Source: Chrysemys picta bellii (lineage: Eukaryota). From it: a DNA stretch of 64,000 nucleotides. Shown piece by piece: positions 10,706 through 24,457 of the stretch (position 1 is its first letter; each line of letters opens with the position of its first letter). Both the position numbers and the translations under genes were made by a program. The notes below the pieces were generated by a model, which saw only the letters and a program-made list of their open reading frames with translations, was not told the origin of the DNA and did not search any database. Where the stretch lies: contig NC_088791.1 of NCBI RefSeq assembly GCF_011386835.1, positions 88,846,001-88,910,000 on the forward strand, read 5' to 3'.

Positions 10706-13700
10706 CGGAGGAAATAAAATGTATTTTTTACAAAATATCTGCCACAGAATCATCCCATTTTACAATCATGAGAAGGTGAAATAGGACATTTTCATCTGTC
10801 AGTATTTTCTGTTGAAAATAATAATACAGTGTTAAAAAAGACCCAATAAATCTTGCGTCCTGCAGCTTGATGGACCTCCGGAGAGAGAAAGTTTTGTTTT
10901 TCTTTGTAAATTAAAAATGTTCTTTTAGCAATAAGATCAGAAAAAGAATGAAATAATAATCTTTAGAGGGTCTTCTCCAAATCGTATAAGAAAGTGAGTG
11001 ATTTGTGTCAATGTTCTCATTATACACAGATTTAAAAGAGACAGAGGTAGCACAAACTCCCACAAACTAGATTTCAGCTTTGCTAACCAAGGTCTATAAC
11101 CCTTGACTACTAGGAAATAGTACTAAGTTAACTTAGTGGATCTTTCCAGACCATCTAATCTAAAGTTCTGTGAGGGCTGTTTACTTCAAATAATATGTGC
11201 TTTGTGGTATTATCCCCCACAAATTAGCTATTCTTGGTACAAAACCCAGATTCTAGTTCTTATAAAATAGGAAAGGGATGCATACTTTAGCCTGATAACC
11301 AATGGGGATATAAAAATATTAAAGCATAATCACTGGTTATTTTTTAATTCTAAATTACAAAGAAACAAATCTTGCTCTAGGTAAAAAAAAAAACAGGGAT
11401 TATTTTTTTCTGTAAAATAATTAGAAATCATCCATTAATCTGAAAAAAAAAATAATGGCAGATGTGAAAGTGTGTGTGGTGTGTGAATCTCTGCAATTAA
11501 AATTATCTGAAAATACAATTCCTGTACCCCTTTAGCTTTCTAAACTAGGGACAAACAGTGGTTGTTTCTGGACAATCCACTTTGCTAGGTCTCAAATCAG
11601 TGCATAGGGACATTCCTGTATGTAAAGAAGTCTGTGTCAACAATACCTAGCTGTTTGTAGAAATTGAATGATTGTACTCAAATGAATCTGAATAAACTAT
11701 ATTAGCAATGCCATTCATGTTTCTTTCCTTAAAGAAACACTTTATATTTATTCATTCATGATTGGCTCCAGTGCTTGACTCATGTAATAAAGGAGTGTTG
11801 TATCCATTAGGATTTAAAGCCCTGCTTAATAGCATCACATTCATTCAATGAATATATTCCCTTTGGAGACAAATCTCTGGAAGGGAGAGATTGGCATATG
11901 AAAGGCATAACACCCTTTGAGCCCGTGGAGACAGAGATGTTAGTAGGCCCTGAGAAGGGTTTCTATGGACCAAGGCAGAATCTCTTTTCTTTAACCTTAT
12001 CCTGACCACAATAGGTAAGGTACTTGGAGCACCATGGAGTCTCTGGTGAGCTGTTGCCTTCAATCTGTGTCTTTTAAGAGGTTGTGGATAATGAGGTTTG
12101 GGTTAGTGTAACAAAAAACTTAGTCTTTCCCTCTGTTCTCACAGTACAATGCAATTAGTTGGAAGCATTCTTCTCTTCCATTTTTCTATTTTTTTGTTTA
12201 TTCTTTCTTTTTTTCCTCTCCCTTCATCAGTGGAGTCCCCAGCCTAGGTCACCCTAGCCATGGAAGAGGGTATGTATGTGAATGGGGCAATGTGGGAAAT
12301 CTCATGAATGGTGAATCAAATTCCCCCAAAAATACACACTCCTTTTTTCTGACAAACACACATTTGCACACGTGTTCCCATCCCTAAAAAATTTGGAAAG
12401 TTCCCCTTTTGTTATTTATTAGAATAAATGAACCACCAGTTCTGAAGGAACTGCAGGGGCTGTGAACGGTTCCTGGCAGGGGAGGGAAAACCAATAGACA
12501 TGGCACCTCCACTTTTATCAAAGTGTGCAAAAGGTAGCAATGTCTTTTTTTTCAAACGCAGCCTTACTTTGTTGTGTCATGGAGAAACTCAGCAGGTCTG
12601 TGGGTATATATGATGGCTCGTATCTCAGTCACAAGGTAACCTAATAAGGATATGTGGGCACTTCCAGGTTTAGTAGCCAGAGCACAGTGGCTTGCCCTTC
12701 TGTGGTTGACATGCATGGAAATGGAAACTCGAAGCAGTGCACATTCCCCTGTGATGCAGACACCAATTAGGAGTGTGTGGCCTGGGGTGCTTACAGAGAG
12801 ACTACTCTCGCCGAGACCTTTTCTACACATGAGAAAGTTGGCATGCGTGGTCCCAATAGTAACACACTTCACATCCCTATTCTAAAAGGCTCCTAATGGT
12901 GAAGCAGTGATCACACTAGACAATAAAAAACAAACAAACAAAAACACTTAACCTCCCTATGGTATTCCACTCTGCCAATTTCCATAGGTACCACGGCAAT
13001 ATGGATGGGGATCACTGATGCAAAAGCCTTTGAGAGTGCCAATAGCCACCAGAGGGAAGAAGCTTTCCATTACTGCAAACATGAACTAGGTTGGCAAGGG
13101 CAACCTAGAGGTGAAAGTGTTCTGTCGCCCATTACCAATCCCATGGACCATCCACTCTCAATGGGGAGCGAGGGGGGGGGAGGGGAATTATTGGAATGGT
13201 TACAGCTAATAAATAATAATATTTCAAAAGTCATAATTTATTTAGATAAAGAAAAGAGATGGTAATGTACCCCAAACTTATTGGTGCCTCCAACGTAACA
13301 GATCCAACACTGGTGGGATCAATTTTAAATTATTCTTGCTATGTAAATAAATATCACATCTTTTAAAATTATTATTATTGATTTGTTTGTTGTTTCAATG
13401 ATGAAGCATGAGTTTATATTATTTGCTGAATAGCCTGGTATGTTGCCCAGTACTGTAATGCTATGTAATGACAGACACTGAGAAGGGCAAATCTCAAAAG
13501 GTTCAACAATTTGGTTCAGTCTATGCAAGTATTAAATAGTCTGGATATTTTTCTTAATATCAAATCTGTTTAAGCCCCTTCCCATGGACCTTCTCCCTGG
13601 CACCCCTTTGCTGTGAGGAGGTTTCTCCTTCCTATCTGATAGCAGTACCTTGGAGGACAAGCTTGACCACTCTTGCTAGCTGATGAAAGGCAATGAGTTT

Positions 13701-13924
13701 ATGACAAATCAAAAGAATTGAGCTTGAGAATCCAGAGACAAACCTTAAGAAAACATCAACAATAAAACCACAATCTCCCCTGGGAGGGGAATACTTCCCT
13801 TTTAGCATCTCACCTGAATATTCACATGAGAGATTGGTGATGGGAAGTAATAGTCCTAGAAGAGGAATACATCTCACGGCTGCCATGCAAATGTTGGCTA
13901 CAATGCTGAACTTGATGAGACAAG

Positions 13925-14770
13925 TGTAAGGATGTTGTGTTGATAAGGAGCATGTTCAGGGCCAACAGGAGAAGAGATGCTAATGAAACTGTCCTGGGGC
14001 CTGATCAATTCAGGGGAGTTACAAACCAGCCTACCTGGCACAGGCTCTGCTAAGGAGAATGAGACAACCCAGATCCACCTGTGAGTAGTTAATTACCTAT
14101 GTGGCTGGGTGGCAGAAATGCCTGGGCCTAATACAGGTGTATGAGGGCTCAATTAGGTGGTTCTAGGACACAGAGAAGAAGCTCATGATGAAAGGGGCTT
14201 TCCAGGGAAGGTGTTTAGAGCTCTTACTAGAAAAGAGGGCTTAGGAAAGGTGTTCCTGGAGGCAGCAGATTCTGAAAGTGCTATGAGTGCAAAAGCCTAG
14301 GAAGATTAGTCCCAGTGAAAGGCCCTTAGTAGATAGTGGCAAGCAGTCCAGGTTGTTGAGGAACTACATGCTGCTTGAGAGGAGACTATAGCTGTTTGAC
14401 ATCTGCATGGATCCTGAGTCCAGGAACACCTTCCCAGCTGATGGTAAGAGCCTACTTCCAGAAGAGGATCCTTGGTTGAAAGGGCCTTAGGGGTGACAAG
14501 CCTGGACAGAGAAGCTGGATGGACTCAGATGGAGGCAGATAAACTAAGCTTAACACACATGTACCCTGGGTAGGGCAGTGGGGGTGAAGACCTGCTTGCA
14601 AATCTGTGTGGCCAATGATTAAATAAAACTAGACCCTTGAAGTACCATTCGCTATATACAAGCCTCACTGAACTTAGTGATAGCCTGAAAGAGGAAACTG
14701 AGGCAGGGACAGACCCTGTTGCTCCCCACCAAGCTGCCAGAGGTTATGCAGGTTAATGTCAGTATTGACA
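13925..14770. mobile_element. Probable solo LTR
   Basis: TGTAA...TGACA ends flanked by the 4-bp direct repeat CAAG; internal AATAAA near 14625. Family not identified. Confidence 0.45.
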
Positions 14771-15014
14771 CAAGGGGAAGCTCTGGGAGTAAGTGCCCAT
14801 GCTATAACAGAAACCCTCTTACAAGAATAAACAGTTAATGCGGGTCTGAGATTTAATATCAAGTTATTGATGGCTTACTCCCTTTTTTGTTAACCATTAT
14901 ACCACATGCTCAGTTTGCAGTAGACTTGAATGTCCTGCTTCACAAGCCAGGAATTTAGATCCTTTCTGGATGGAGCCACCCCCCACAGTTAGAGAAATAC
15001 AATTCTTTAGGTGC

Positions 15015-16156
15015 TGTGACATTGTGCAGTCTATATGGCTTTATAAAAACATAAAAAGAAGTGAATATAATGTAACTGGAATATGCTTCATGCAAAAGGT
15101 CTCTTGTAAGGTATCATTACAAAGCTTATAATCTACTGAGTGTGATCATCCTATTTGTATAAATGTACCACTCTTGTATCTAAAACTAGAAATATAACTC
15201 TGAGGGCCTATTGTAATTATGCAAAGTGTGGGCCATTAATAGTGGTTTGGAATCTTGATGACTCCCATTAACCAGGACCATTGTCTGCAGATGGCTGTAT
15301 TTACCTGTTAGTCTTCCTGTATATGTGTGTGCTGGCAAGTGGGTAATGAAGTCTTGCAGTGATATGTGATCATGTCACCTGAACTGGAATCCATCTTTAA
15401 CCTGGTGCTTTTCCAGTGGGGGGTGGAAACCCAGAGGGACAAAGGGTTCCCACCTTATGCAAAAGATATATAAAGGGGTGGAAGATAACAAGGAGGGAGA
15501 GGAGCCATCATGAAGAATCCCCTAGCTATCACCTGAGCTGGAACAAGAGCTGTACCAGGGGAAAGAATTGTGCCCAGGTCTGGAAGGTGTCCAGTCTGAG
15601 AAAAAATTTACTGAAGCATCTCTGAGGGTGAGATTATCTGTGTTCAGTTTGATTAGACATAGATTTGCGCATTTTATTTTATTTTGCTTGGTGACTTACT
15701 TTTTTCTGTCTGTTACTACTTGGAACCACTTAAATCCTACTTTCTATATTTAATAAAATCACTTTCTACTTAGTAATTAACTCAGAGTATGTATTAATAC
15801 CTGGGGGAGCAAACAGCTGTGCATATCTATCAGTGTTAGAGAGGCGAACAATTTATGAGTTTACCCTGTATAAGCTTTATACAGGGTAAAACCGATTTAT
15901 TTGGGTTTGGACCTCATTGGGAGTTGGGCATCTGAGTGGTAGAGACAAGCACACTTCTGTGAGTTGTTTTCAGGTAAACTTGCAGCTTTGGGACAAGTGA
16001 TTCAGACCCTGGGTCTGTGTTGGAGCAGACGGGAGTGTCTGGCTCAGCAAGACAGGGTGGTGGAGTCCTGAGTTGGCAGGGAAAACAGGAATAAAAGTAG
16101 TCTTGGTACATTAGGTGGCAGCTGCCAAGGGGGTTTCTGTGATCCAACCCGTCACA
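15015..16156 (+). mobile_element. Solo LTR (~1.14 kb, Gypsy/ERV type)
   Basis: TGTGAC...GTCACA termini, perfect 5-bp TSD GGTGC, internal TATA (GATATATAAAG) and AATAAA. A second copy lies at 45905-47085 in the opposite orientation. Confidence 0.9.
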
Positions 16157-16369
16157 GGTGCATCAACATGGGCATGTATACAAATCACTCTACATTCTCA
16201 CTTTCTCCTGAAGAAATCCTCTGAGTTGGGGGTAATGTGTATGATTAGTTCTAAATATCTTTTCAAATAAGAGGTGATGTGGAGGTCACTGTCTCTCACA
16301 TAAACAACCTCGAGATTGTAGAACCTCACTCTCCTGAAATGTACACAATGATTATCATGTGTACCAGGT

Positions 16370-16570
16370 GATGCTCTTATATACAGCTTTCATCAGTAGA
16401 TCTCAAAGTACTTTACAAAGGAGGTCACTATCATCATCTCCTTTTTACTGATGGGGAAACTGAGGCAACAAAGATTAATTAACTGGGCAAGGTCACCCAG
16501 CAGACAACCTGCGGGGAGAGCTCAGGTCTCCTGAGTCCCAATCCAGTGCTCTGATCCATTAGACAACACA
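16370..16570 (-). mobile_element. MIR-like SINE fragment
   Basis: ACTGATGGGGAAACTGAGGCA...CAAGGTCACCCAG is the reverse complement of the CORE signature. Confidence 0.55.
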
Positions 16571-17871
16571 GAACCTTGAACCAAAACCCAGCCAGGCACT
16601 TCAGACACCAAATATCTTGTAATAAACAAGGGTACGACCAATCTTTACCCAGTGAGGACCGTGCCTCCTAACTTTCCCTTATGCGGAGCAGAGAGTTCCT
16701 CTTCTTTTTGTCCCAAAGTCTGCATTCTTCTCAGAGAAATACACTGCCCCCTAATCAAACTTCACTGGCACCTGGAACAAGCACACTCCATTCAATGCTG
16801 ATTAGTTGTGGCAGAGCTAATCTTATTGTAGGAACTTTAATTTTGAATTTACTGATATGCTTTGCATTTCCAGGGTGATCAGCCATCCGGGTTTACTGGC
16901 TTTTGTCCTGATTGTGCAGAGCAGTCCTAGTGTCCCAACAGGTTCTACTGGCACAAGGGGTTTGATTATTCACCCTCTCCCTATTCTTCCCCTGCAGCCA
17001 TTTGACCTAGTTCTTTCTGGAATAGGCCAGAATGCACAACCTTCAAGGTGCTGTCTATACAAATATTTTTAGAGTGCTGGTAGGACTCACTACCCCCAAG
17101 TCTGTCAACCCGGGCTGGGGGGCTTGGTCCAAAATGCTGCATAGACCCACACTCTGAGAACAGCATTTAACGAGTCAAGGAAAGAGATAGAGGTGGCGGC
17201 AGCACTGGGGCCCAATCAAGGCAGCCGGGACCTAATGGCCTATATGGTTGGGTTTAAGTGACAGAGAAGTGGGAAGTGATGGGTTAGAATGTGTGAGTGG
17301 CTGGTGCGGAACTGTAATTAGCTGCTTGGGTGTGAGAGAAAGTAATGCGGCTGTCTGGAGAAAAAGAAGGTAAAACGCATAGCAGGGTGAGTAGAAGATG
17401 CCTGACTGGGGGAGAGGAAAGCCAAGGTAGCCATCTCAGAAGATGAGAGAAGCAAAACAGGAGCAGGCACTTCTTCCTCCAGCCCAGCCTAGCTGTCAAT
17501 ACCTTGCCGTGCATGCATCAAGCTCTCAGTAGAGACAGCTCTGCCTCCTGCCACATTTGAAAATAAGACTTTGAAGAAAAAAAAAGAAAAATATGTACAT
17601 TTAGAACATTTATCAATTTCCTATAGTTACTGACCACATGTTTGCAATAACAAGTCAAAATTTACAACACTCTAAGCACTGGAATCTTCTGAGCAACTAT
17701 GAACCTGAGATTCTTTTACATTTCATTGCTCTAGAGATGGGTAGAGCTCTATGGTACTGAAGAAAGCAGATGCTCTTCTGTCTCTTTAGCCTGGGGTTGG
17801 TTTCTTCTCTGGCACTGCAGTACCTTTTTATAAAACAAATAGGGGAAGAGTATATCCTGACTGGTCCTTTT

Positions 17872-18159
17872 CAGTGGTCCCCAACGCAGTGCTTGTGGGT
17901 GTCATGACGCCCGCCAGGGCATCTATGCGGGCCTGCGTACTGGCCGGCGGACGAGCATCCGCTGAAATGCCGCCAACAAGCAGCACCAGCCAGAGGCATC
18001 GCCACCGAAATGCCGCCGATTTTCAGTGGCATTTCGGTGGCGACGCCTATTGATGTTGCCGCTTCTCAGTGGCATTTTGGCGGATGCTCGTCTGCCGGCC
18101 ACAGTCCGCGGTGGCTCGTCGTCTGGCGCCCGCCAGACAAAAAAGGTTGGGGACCACTG
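17872..18159. mobile_element. hAT/Charlie-type MITE
   Basis: Perfect 14-bp TIR CAGTGGTCCCCAAC/GTTGGGGACCACTG with an internally palindromic GC-rich body. No clear TSD. Confidence 0.75.
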
Positions 18160-18799
18160 TTTCACATAGTTACTGTCTCTCATGCCCAGAAAGTCAATCA
18201 ATCAGAGAGATGTCCACCACCACCATTACCACCCTTGTCATTTTTCCCAGTCAGTAAAGGAAGGTGTTTTGTTTATTGACAAAACAGGAGAGTCTTTACT
18301 CTGGTATCTGTTCTTTCAAAGTACTCTCCTTTCCCAGTTCACTGTCCAATTAATCTTATCCCTGTCCCATCTCCATGACTCCATGCCCATTCTCCCAGCA
18401 AACAATGCCAGTTCGGGTGTTAGGAGAAACACAATTTCCCTCTGTTCTATTAGCATTCAATGGCAAAGGCTTTGCTGGCATCTTGCTGAATATCACTATC
18501 CATTACTCCTATAGCCTCTCATCATTAAGGTGGTCAGATCCTTCCTTTCTCTTTCTCAGACACTCCTACCTACCCACACAAATGGAGCTTTCCAGGTGAT
18601 GATGCTATCTGCTCTTTTAAGGGAGAAACTCTTCATCTCAATACAGTCAAGTAGTATAAGGGTTGTTATAGACAATGGAAAAGTCCTTCTGAGACCAAAC
18701 CAAGGTACTATGTCCTTGTTTTACCATAGTATCTAAAGGTTCTTTTACCTGGACTCCCCTTTACCTCTCATTTGAATTATCCAATTATATATTCTTACC

Positions 18800-19075
18800 T
18801 GTGGCAGACTCACTGACAATCTTCTTTCAGGGCTACCACTAGGTCTCTGCATAATGTTCCCAGACCTGGGCCTGGATGTCTTCAGGCAAGATTGTCAGGA
18901 ACTGTTCTAGAATTACTAGTTTCATGGTCTGCTTCTTGGTATGGATCTCTGGTTTCAACCATTTATGAAGCTGTCTGTAAACCGCTCCGGGTCCTTCAGC
19001 ATCTTGGAAGAGGAAAAGCCTAAAACACTGATGTCTTTGTGTGCAGCTGATGTACCACAGAAGGATTGCTTCCAC
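18800..19075 (-). pseudogene. Decayed SCAN-domain exon of a ZSCAN/KRAB-ZNF-type gene
   Basis: QRHQCFRLFLFQDAEGPGAVYRQLHKWLKPEIHTKKQTMKLVILEQFLTILPEDIQAQVWEHYAET* matches the SCAN consensus with a short deletion. A stop and frameshift follow, then AG|GTAAGA at ~18800. Confidence 0.88.
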
Positions 19076-20175
19076 TGCCTTATTGTAGTTACCTGCTTCT
19101 CTTGTAATCCGGCCTCTATAAGCCTATTGTGCTTTTCCTTTGAGATATGACAGCAAAATTTAGGCCCCTCTTTCAAAGATCTTGAGATATATCTCAGTAC
19201 CATCTTTCATTGTGAGCCTACATAGTTTCAGGGCTTCTTAGACTTGCGTCAGTGATGGCCCCAGCACGAGGATTCCATAAGACCAGCAATACTTCTTGCC
19301 ATTGGTGATTTGGATGCCATTATATCACCTCCCATTGGTCATTCACAGTTCGTTGTGGTTTCAGCTATCTCATAAATCCGCAATGGTCTCAGCCTGGACT
19401 CAAAGAGAGAGATTTCCTGCATGATCCAACCTTTTTTTCACTGCCTCAAAGCCTAGTAGATTTTACTTCTCTGCCTTTACATTGCATCATCTGCTGAAAG
19501 GAGCATTTTCTGCCATAAACCTTGTTCTGAAGTCATAACCTGCCTCAGGGCGGTCTTATTTCAGGTTCAACTTCCATTGCTACTGCATTTCTCTATCTCA
19601 TGCCTGCATCTGGAGAAAGATGTACAGACTCTGAATTTGTGTATTCATTTGTCTTACTTAGGTCACTACAACCGGTCCCATCCCACTCCTGATGCAGCAT
19701 GAGTTGGGTTGCTTATTGTGAGCCTGTGAGTGACATTTTGGAAACTGCAAGTCTGTCGATAGAGAAGAAAAAGTTCACATCCACTGAGATCCTTTTCCTA
19801 AAGTTCATGTGGAATGAAAAACACATGGAAATTATATATACACACACAACTTCATTACAGCAAAAGGAAATCAAACCTTTTCTCAGGCCACCATTGGTGA
19901 ACCATCATCCCCCTTTAAAATAATCACTCACGATATCCTCTGAAAATCAGATATTACTCATATAAAATACCCAGATTTTAGACCTTGCACTCATTCCCCC
20001 ACTGTTGATCACATAAGCTCAGCACAAAGAGGAAGGCAAACATAGCGTCTATACAGAATGGCAGCAATCTATCCAAGCATACTGAAACCTCACTGTAACG
20101 GACACCTTGGGGGAGACGATCACTATTCGTTATAGTGGAAGTGACAGAGACCATTATGTTATAATTAATTCTTCA

Positions 20176-20340
20176 TAAGGCTACAAGTCAGTCATAAAGG
20201 TCATGGATTGTGTGATTTTACGTGACCTCCGTGACTTCAGTCCTGAGCAGCAGGGCCTGGGCTTCTGTGATTTATTGTTTATTGCCCGCATCCTGTCCGT
20301 GACTTTTACAAAAATACCCATGACAAAAATCTTAGCCTTA
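20176..20340. mobile_element. Short non-autonomous DNA element (TAAGGCTA...TAGCCTTA ends)
   Basis: 8-bp terminal inverted repeat and repeated CCGTGAC/GTCAT motifs. A related fragment lies at ~23640-23750. Confidence 0.6.
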
Positions 20341-21450
20341 ATGATGCATAATGGATTCCATTCTAGCCCTGTTGTCAGTTACTCATAAGTTTCTGAAATT
20401 GTCATCTTTTCAATGATATTTTCCACGCTGGGTCTCTGCCCAAAGGTGGTTTGTAAAGCCTGCAGGGAAAACAGCTCATCCATTTTTAATCATAAGTTGG
20501 GGGGACCCTTTACTCATTATATATGTGACACTTTCAAATGTCTTACAGCCAAAATAGCTGGAAGTTGAAAGATGAAAATTGACACAGAAATAGTCCTCAC
20601 TGAGGAGTAATAATTTTCTTTGTTTCTTGGTTTTATTTAGGCTCAATTTTAAGTCTGAAAACTGTGCACCGCCAAATGTGAGGAGATGAAGGTGGCTGCT
20701 TTGTTTTGGCACACAGGAAGGATTTGAAGCGCCGGCTTATGGATAAGCCATGCAGTGAAGCACAGAGAAGCTAAGATAGCTGCACAGTGAAGAGATTACC
20801 CTGCTATATTGCTGCCAATCAGTAGGGACAACAGGGGCTGAGCTTCTGAGCATCTTGTAATACATAAAGGGGCAGAAAAAGGTCTCCTGTGGACTTTAAA
20901 AGATGCCCAGAAGGAACCCCTGTTCTGATGTATCTTAGCAGCTCTGCAGCTGGGGACTTCCCCCAGTCCCTCATTTCTCTAGATGCACAGGACAGGGTTA
21001 GAACTGCTCATTTAAAAAAAAAAAATGATGAAACAGTTTGATGAACTTCTGCCAGAATTTGTTGAGCTTCCAGGGATCCTTGCTCCCAGTAAAATTGGGC
21101 AGAGAATGGTAATTCCATTTCACAAAGAATTTCTTTCTTGTTGTTGGTTTTCGTTCTGAACCATAACAAATCCACATTTTGAAACCATCCACACACAAAA
21201 ATTATCATTCTCCCATCACTTCTATGTGGGACATTCTAATGGTCCCTAGCCAAACAATTTCTCATTATGGAATTTACCCATACTGTTTTCAATTCTTACT
21301 TACTTTTTGCAAGTCAATAGAGCACTGAAGAATTTGAGAGTGGATCTTCTTTTATGTTTATTTTTATCTTTTAAAAAATCCCCAGGAAATACCATAGGAA
21401 ATGTACTTTAATAGAATGTTAAAGTTGCATAGTTCAACATTGCTTAGTAA

Positions 21451-22468
21451 GGGTATGTCTACCCTAGAAATTGCAGCTGTACCGCTGTAGTGTAGAAGAC
21501 GCTAGAACAGGGGTGGGCAAACTACGGCCAGTGGGCCGGATCCGGCCCCTCAGGGCTTTGGATCCAGTCCGCTGCGCCGCCGGCACCACATCCCTGCGGC
21601 CCCCGGGGGGTGGGGGGGACACAGGGCTCCGTGCGTTGCCCTTGCCTCCAGGCACTGCCCCCCTGCAGCTCCCATTGGCCGGGAACGGGGAACCATGGCC
21701 AATGGGAGCTTTGGGGGAGGTACCTGGAGGCGCAGCAAGGGCAGCGCATGCAAAACTCTCTGCTCCCCCTTCCCTCCTCCCAGGGGCCACAGTGCTTCCT
21801 GGAGCGGCGCGGGGCCGGGGACAGGGCAGACGTGCAGGGAGCCTGCCCTGGTCCCGGTGCGCGCTGCTGCCACCCCGGAGCTTCTTGAGGTAAGCGGGGC
21901 CGGAGCCTGAGCCCCACCTGCACCCCACCCCCCAACTCCCTGCCCTAAGCCCCCTGCCTGCACCTTGCACCCCAACTCCCGGCCCTGAGCCCCCTCGTAC
22001 ACCCCACACCCCTCCTGCACTCCAATCCCCTGCCCTGAGCCCCCTCCTGTATTCTGCACCCCTCCTGCACCCCAACCCCCTTCCCTGAGCCCCCTCATAC
22101 ATCCCCACCCTCCTCATCCCCAATCCCTTGCCCTGAGCCCCTTCCTGAACACCACACCCCCTCCCACATCCTGCACCCCAACCCCCTGCCCCGGTCCTGC
22201 ATACAATTTCCCCACCCAGATGTGGCCCTCAGCCCAAAAAGTTTCCCACCCCTTGCTAGAGCAATGGAAGGGGTTCTTCCGTCACTGTAATAAATCCACC
22301 TCTCTGAAAGGCAATCACTAGGTTGACAGAAAATCCTTCCATCAACCTAGCAGTGTCTACACCGGGGGTTAGGTCAGCTTAATTACATCACACAGTATGG
22401 GCATGAAATTTTGCACAGCCCTGAGCAATGTAGTTAAGCCAATCTACCTTTGTAGATTAGACCAGTCC
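21451..22468. mobile_element. Harbinger-type MITE interrupted by a hAT MITE
   Basis: GGGTATGTCTAC...TAGACCAGTCC ends, flanked by TAA/TAG. Confidence 0.6.
21508..22254. mobile_element. hAT MITE with GC-rich internal tandem repeats
   Basis: CAGGGGTGGGCAAACT...AGTTTCCCACCCCT TIRs; degenerate 8-bp TSD (CGCTAGAA/TGCTAGAG); CCCTGCACCCCAA-type repeats explain the many spurious GC-rich ORFs here. Confidence 0.8.
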
Positions 22469-22561
22469 TAGAGAAAAGCTGAAGTTAAGGTTACAAGTGC
22501 AACTTTAACTCTACTCCTTTGGTGAGTGTTATGATACAGACTTTAATCCTATGATTATTTA

Positions 22562-22813
22562 GGCCTTGTCTGTACTACAAATGCTTTGTCGGTACAGCTA
22601 TACCAGGAGGGTCCCCTATTGTAGACCACAGTTTATTCCGACAGAAGGAGCTTTCTGTCGGCATAATAACACCATCTCCCTGAATGATGTTAGCTATGAA
22701 GCACTCTTATGGCAGCATAGCTGCATCTACACTGTTGTTTTTTTTTGCCAGCACAGCTGTGTCGGTCAGCCAACATAGTTATGTCAACAAAACCTTATAG
22801 CGTAGACCAGTCC
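22562..22813. mobile_element. Harbinger-type MITE
   Basis: GGCCTTGTCT...GTAGACCAGTCC ends, flanked by TTA/CTA. Confidence 0.6.
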
Positions 22814-23130
22814 CTACTAACAAAAATAATCTAACATAATATACTTTTTTCTACAATTGTAGATAAACATTTGTAGGGGGCTTCTAATACTGTGTATTCC
22901 TTTGCATATGCCACATTCTCTATGAAAGTCTTTATTTTTTTTTTCTGAAAAGTACAGAGTAAATTGTATTTACACCATTTACTACAGATTATGGGCGAGA
23001 CTTGCCACTCCATTACACCACTTTTGTCTTGGTGTGACTCTCCTGAAATCCAGTTTAACATCTTTAAAATATGGTGACAACTCACCATACTTCCTCTCTC
23101 TGTGAGTATGAGGCATCAAAGGAAAATGCT

Positions 23131-23216
23131 CTCTATATAAAAAGAACAGGAGTACTTGTGGCACCTTAGAGACTAACAAATTTATTAGAGCATAAGCTTT
23201 CGTGGACTACAGCCCA
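23131..23216. mobile_element. Penelope-like element terminal fragment
   Basis: GAGTACTTGTGGCACCTTAGAGACTAACAAATTTATTAGAGCATAAGCTTTCGTG, recognised from memory as the high-copy turtle Penelope/Neptune terminus. Confidence 0.55.
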
Positions 23217-24388
23217 ATAGACGTTTTACTGAAAACCAGATGAAAATAATCCAAGACACTGGGATATAAGGACCCTGTGGCTCTGCCCCTGGATCATAGG
23301 CCCAATTCCTACTGCGGGTAGTCTCATCATCCCCACTCCCTCATCTTCCAGGGGTAGCAGCAGAGGTTCCCTCTCATCCTTGGTGAGACAGAGGTGGCAA
23401 AATGGTCTAGCCCATTACTTATCCCAGCAGCCAGAGTGTAGCTGTTTTGGTGGGTGAGTGGTCCACACCCTCTGCCCTCTTCTTCTTCCACACATAATCC
23501 TCCCCTGGGTGGTGCTGACAAAACAATGGGTTTGGTAGTTAATATCCCATTGAGATGAAAAGGGCTGTTCACACATCTCGGAGCTATTGTTTCAAGATGC
23601 CTGTAGATTCAAGCAGCCACCTGATCACATTGTTGAGCTTTTCTTTACAATCATAACAGCTACAGACTTAACTTTCATTACCCCCGCCCCCTCAAAAAAA
23701 AAAAAGTGAGATATTGATGCAATCACATGACTCCAGGGGTCAGGTTCCTAGGAATGAGCCTAAAGTCCTTGTTCCTTTATCGATACTTTCCTGTACTCTA
23801 CAAACAGGCAGTCAGCTGAAAGGCCCTGCAGACTGGCAAACTACACTTGAACAAACTCATCTCCTGGGCGCATTAGGTTTCAAATAGATAGGAGGTAGGA
23901 GAAAAGCAGATTTGTAAGGATTGTTAGTTGGTGTCTAGAGAACATCCAGAGCACATGACAGGGTCGGTGAATTCCAGAAATCTCTTACACACTGGAGTGG
24001 GAAGGAACTCCACTGTTCAGGCTGGTGTAAGGAAAGTGGAAAAGGAAGGTGGAGAGAGCTGTACAGCCAGTTTTCAGCCAACAGAGGGTGCAAATACCAT
24101 GGCTAGCTTTTTGCCAGCTCTCTTAATCCAGGTCTTTCTCGGCCCAGAAGCACTGGCCAATCATTCTGTTCTTTTTTTCTTCCTCTGCCCGGAACACTAG
24201 ATGCCTTTCTCTGGGGGATGCAGCCTTGGCTGCAGGAGAGAAGGTGAGTGAGTGGCCTATGTGGTTGCCTGAATAATGAAGAAATCAGGGATCAGGTTTC
24301 CCAGGCTGTCACACACACTTTTATTGACACACTGGCTTTGACAGACAAATGCATTCCTATCCAATTGTTTGTGAGGGCAGAATTTAGG

Positions 24389-24411
24389 TGGTGTGTGTGT
24401 GTGCGCATGCG

Positions 24412-24452
<41 letters not shown>
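24389..24452. repeat. (GT)n-GCGCATGCGCAT-(AC)n compound microsatellite
   Basis: Read directly from the sequence. Confidence 0.95.

Positions 24453-24457
<5 letters not shown>

Noticed and set aside
12564-12885. Overlapping Cys-containing ORFs on both strands
   Set aside because: No recognisable domain (checked by eye for LU/Ly6, Ig and olfactory receptor motifs).
13814-13886. Minus-strand leader-like exon MAAVRCIPLLGLLLPITNLSCEYS followed by a phase-1 donor (CAG|GTGAGA)
   Set aside because: I could not find a compatible downstream coding exon (the acceptor near 12876 gives an immediate stop in that phase). It may be chance or a relic.
21464-22123. Long GC-rich ORFs here and at 34904-35686, 39271-40133, 44016-44736, 57566-58825 and 63014-63654
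   Set aside because: They lie inside hAT MITEs with GC-rich tandem repeats that lack stop codons; low-complexity products.
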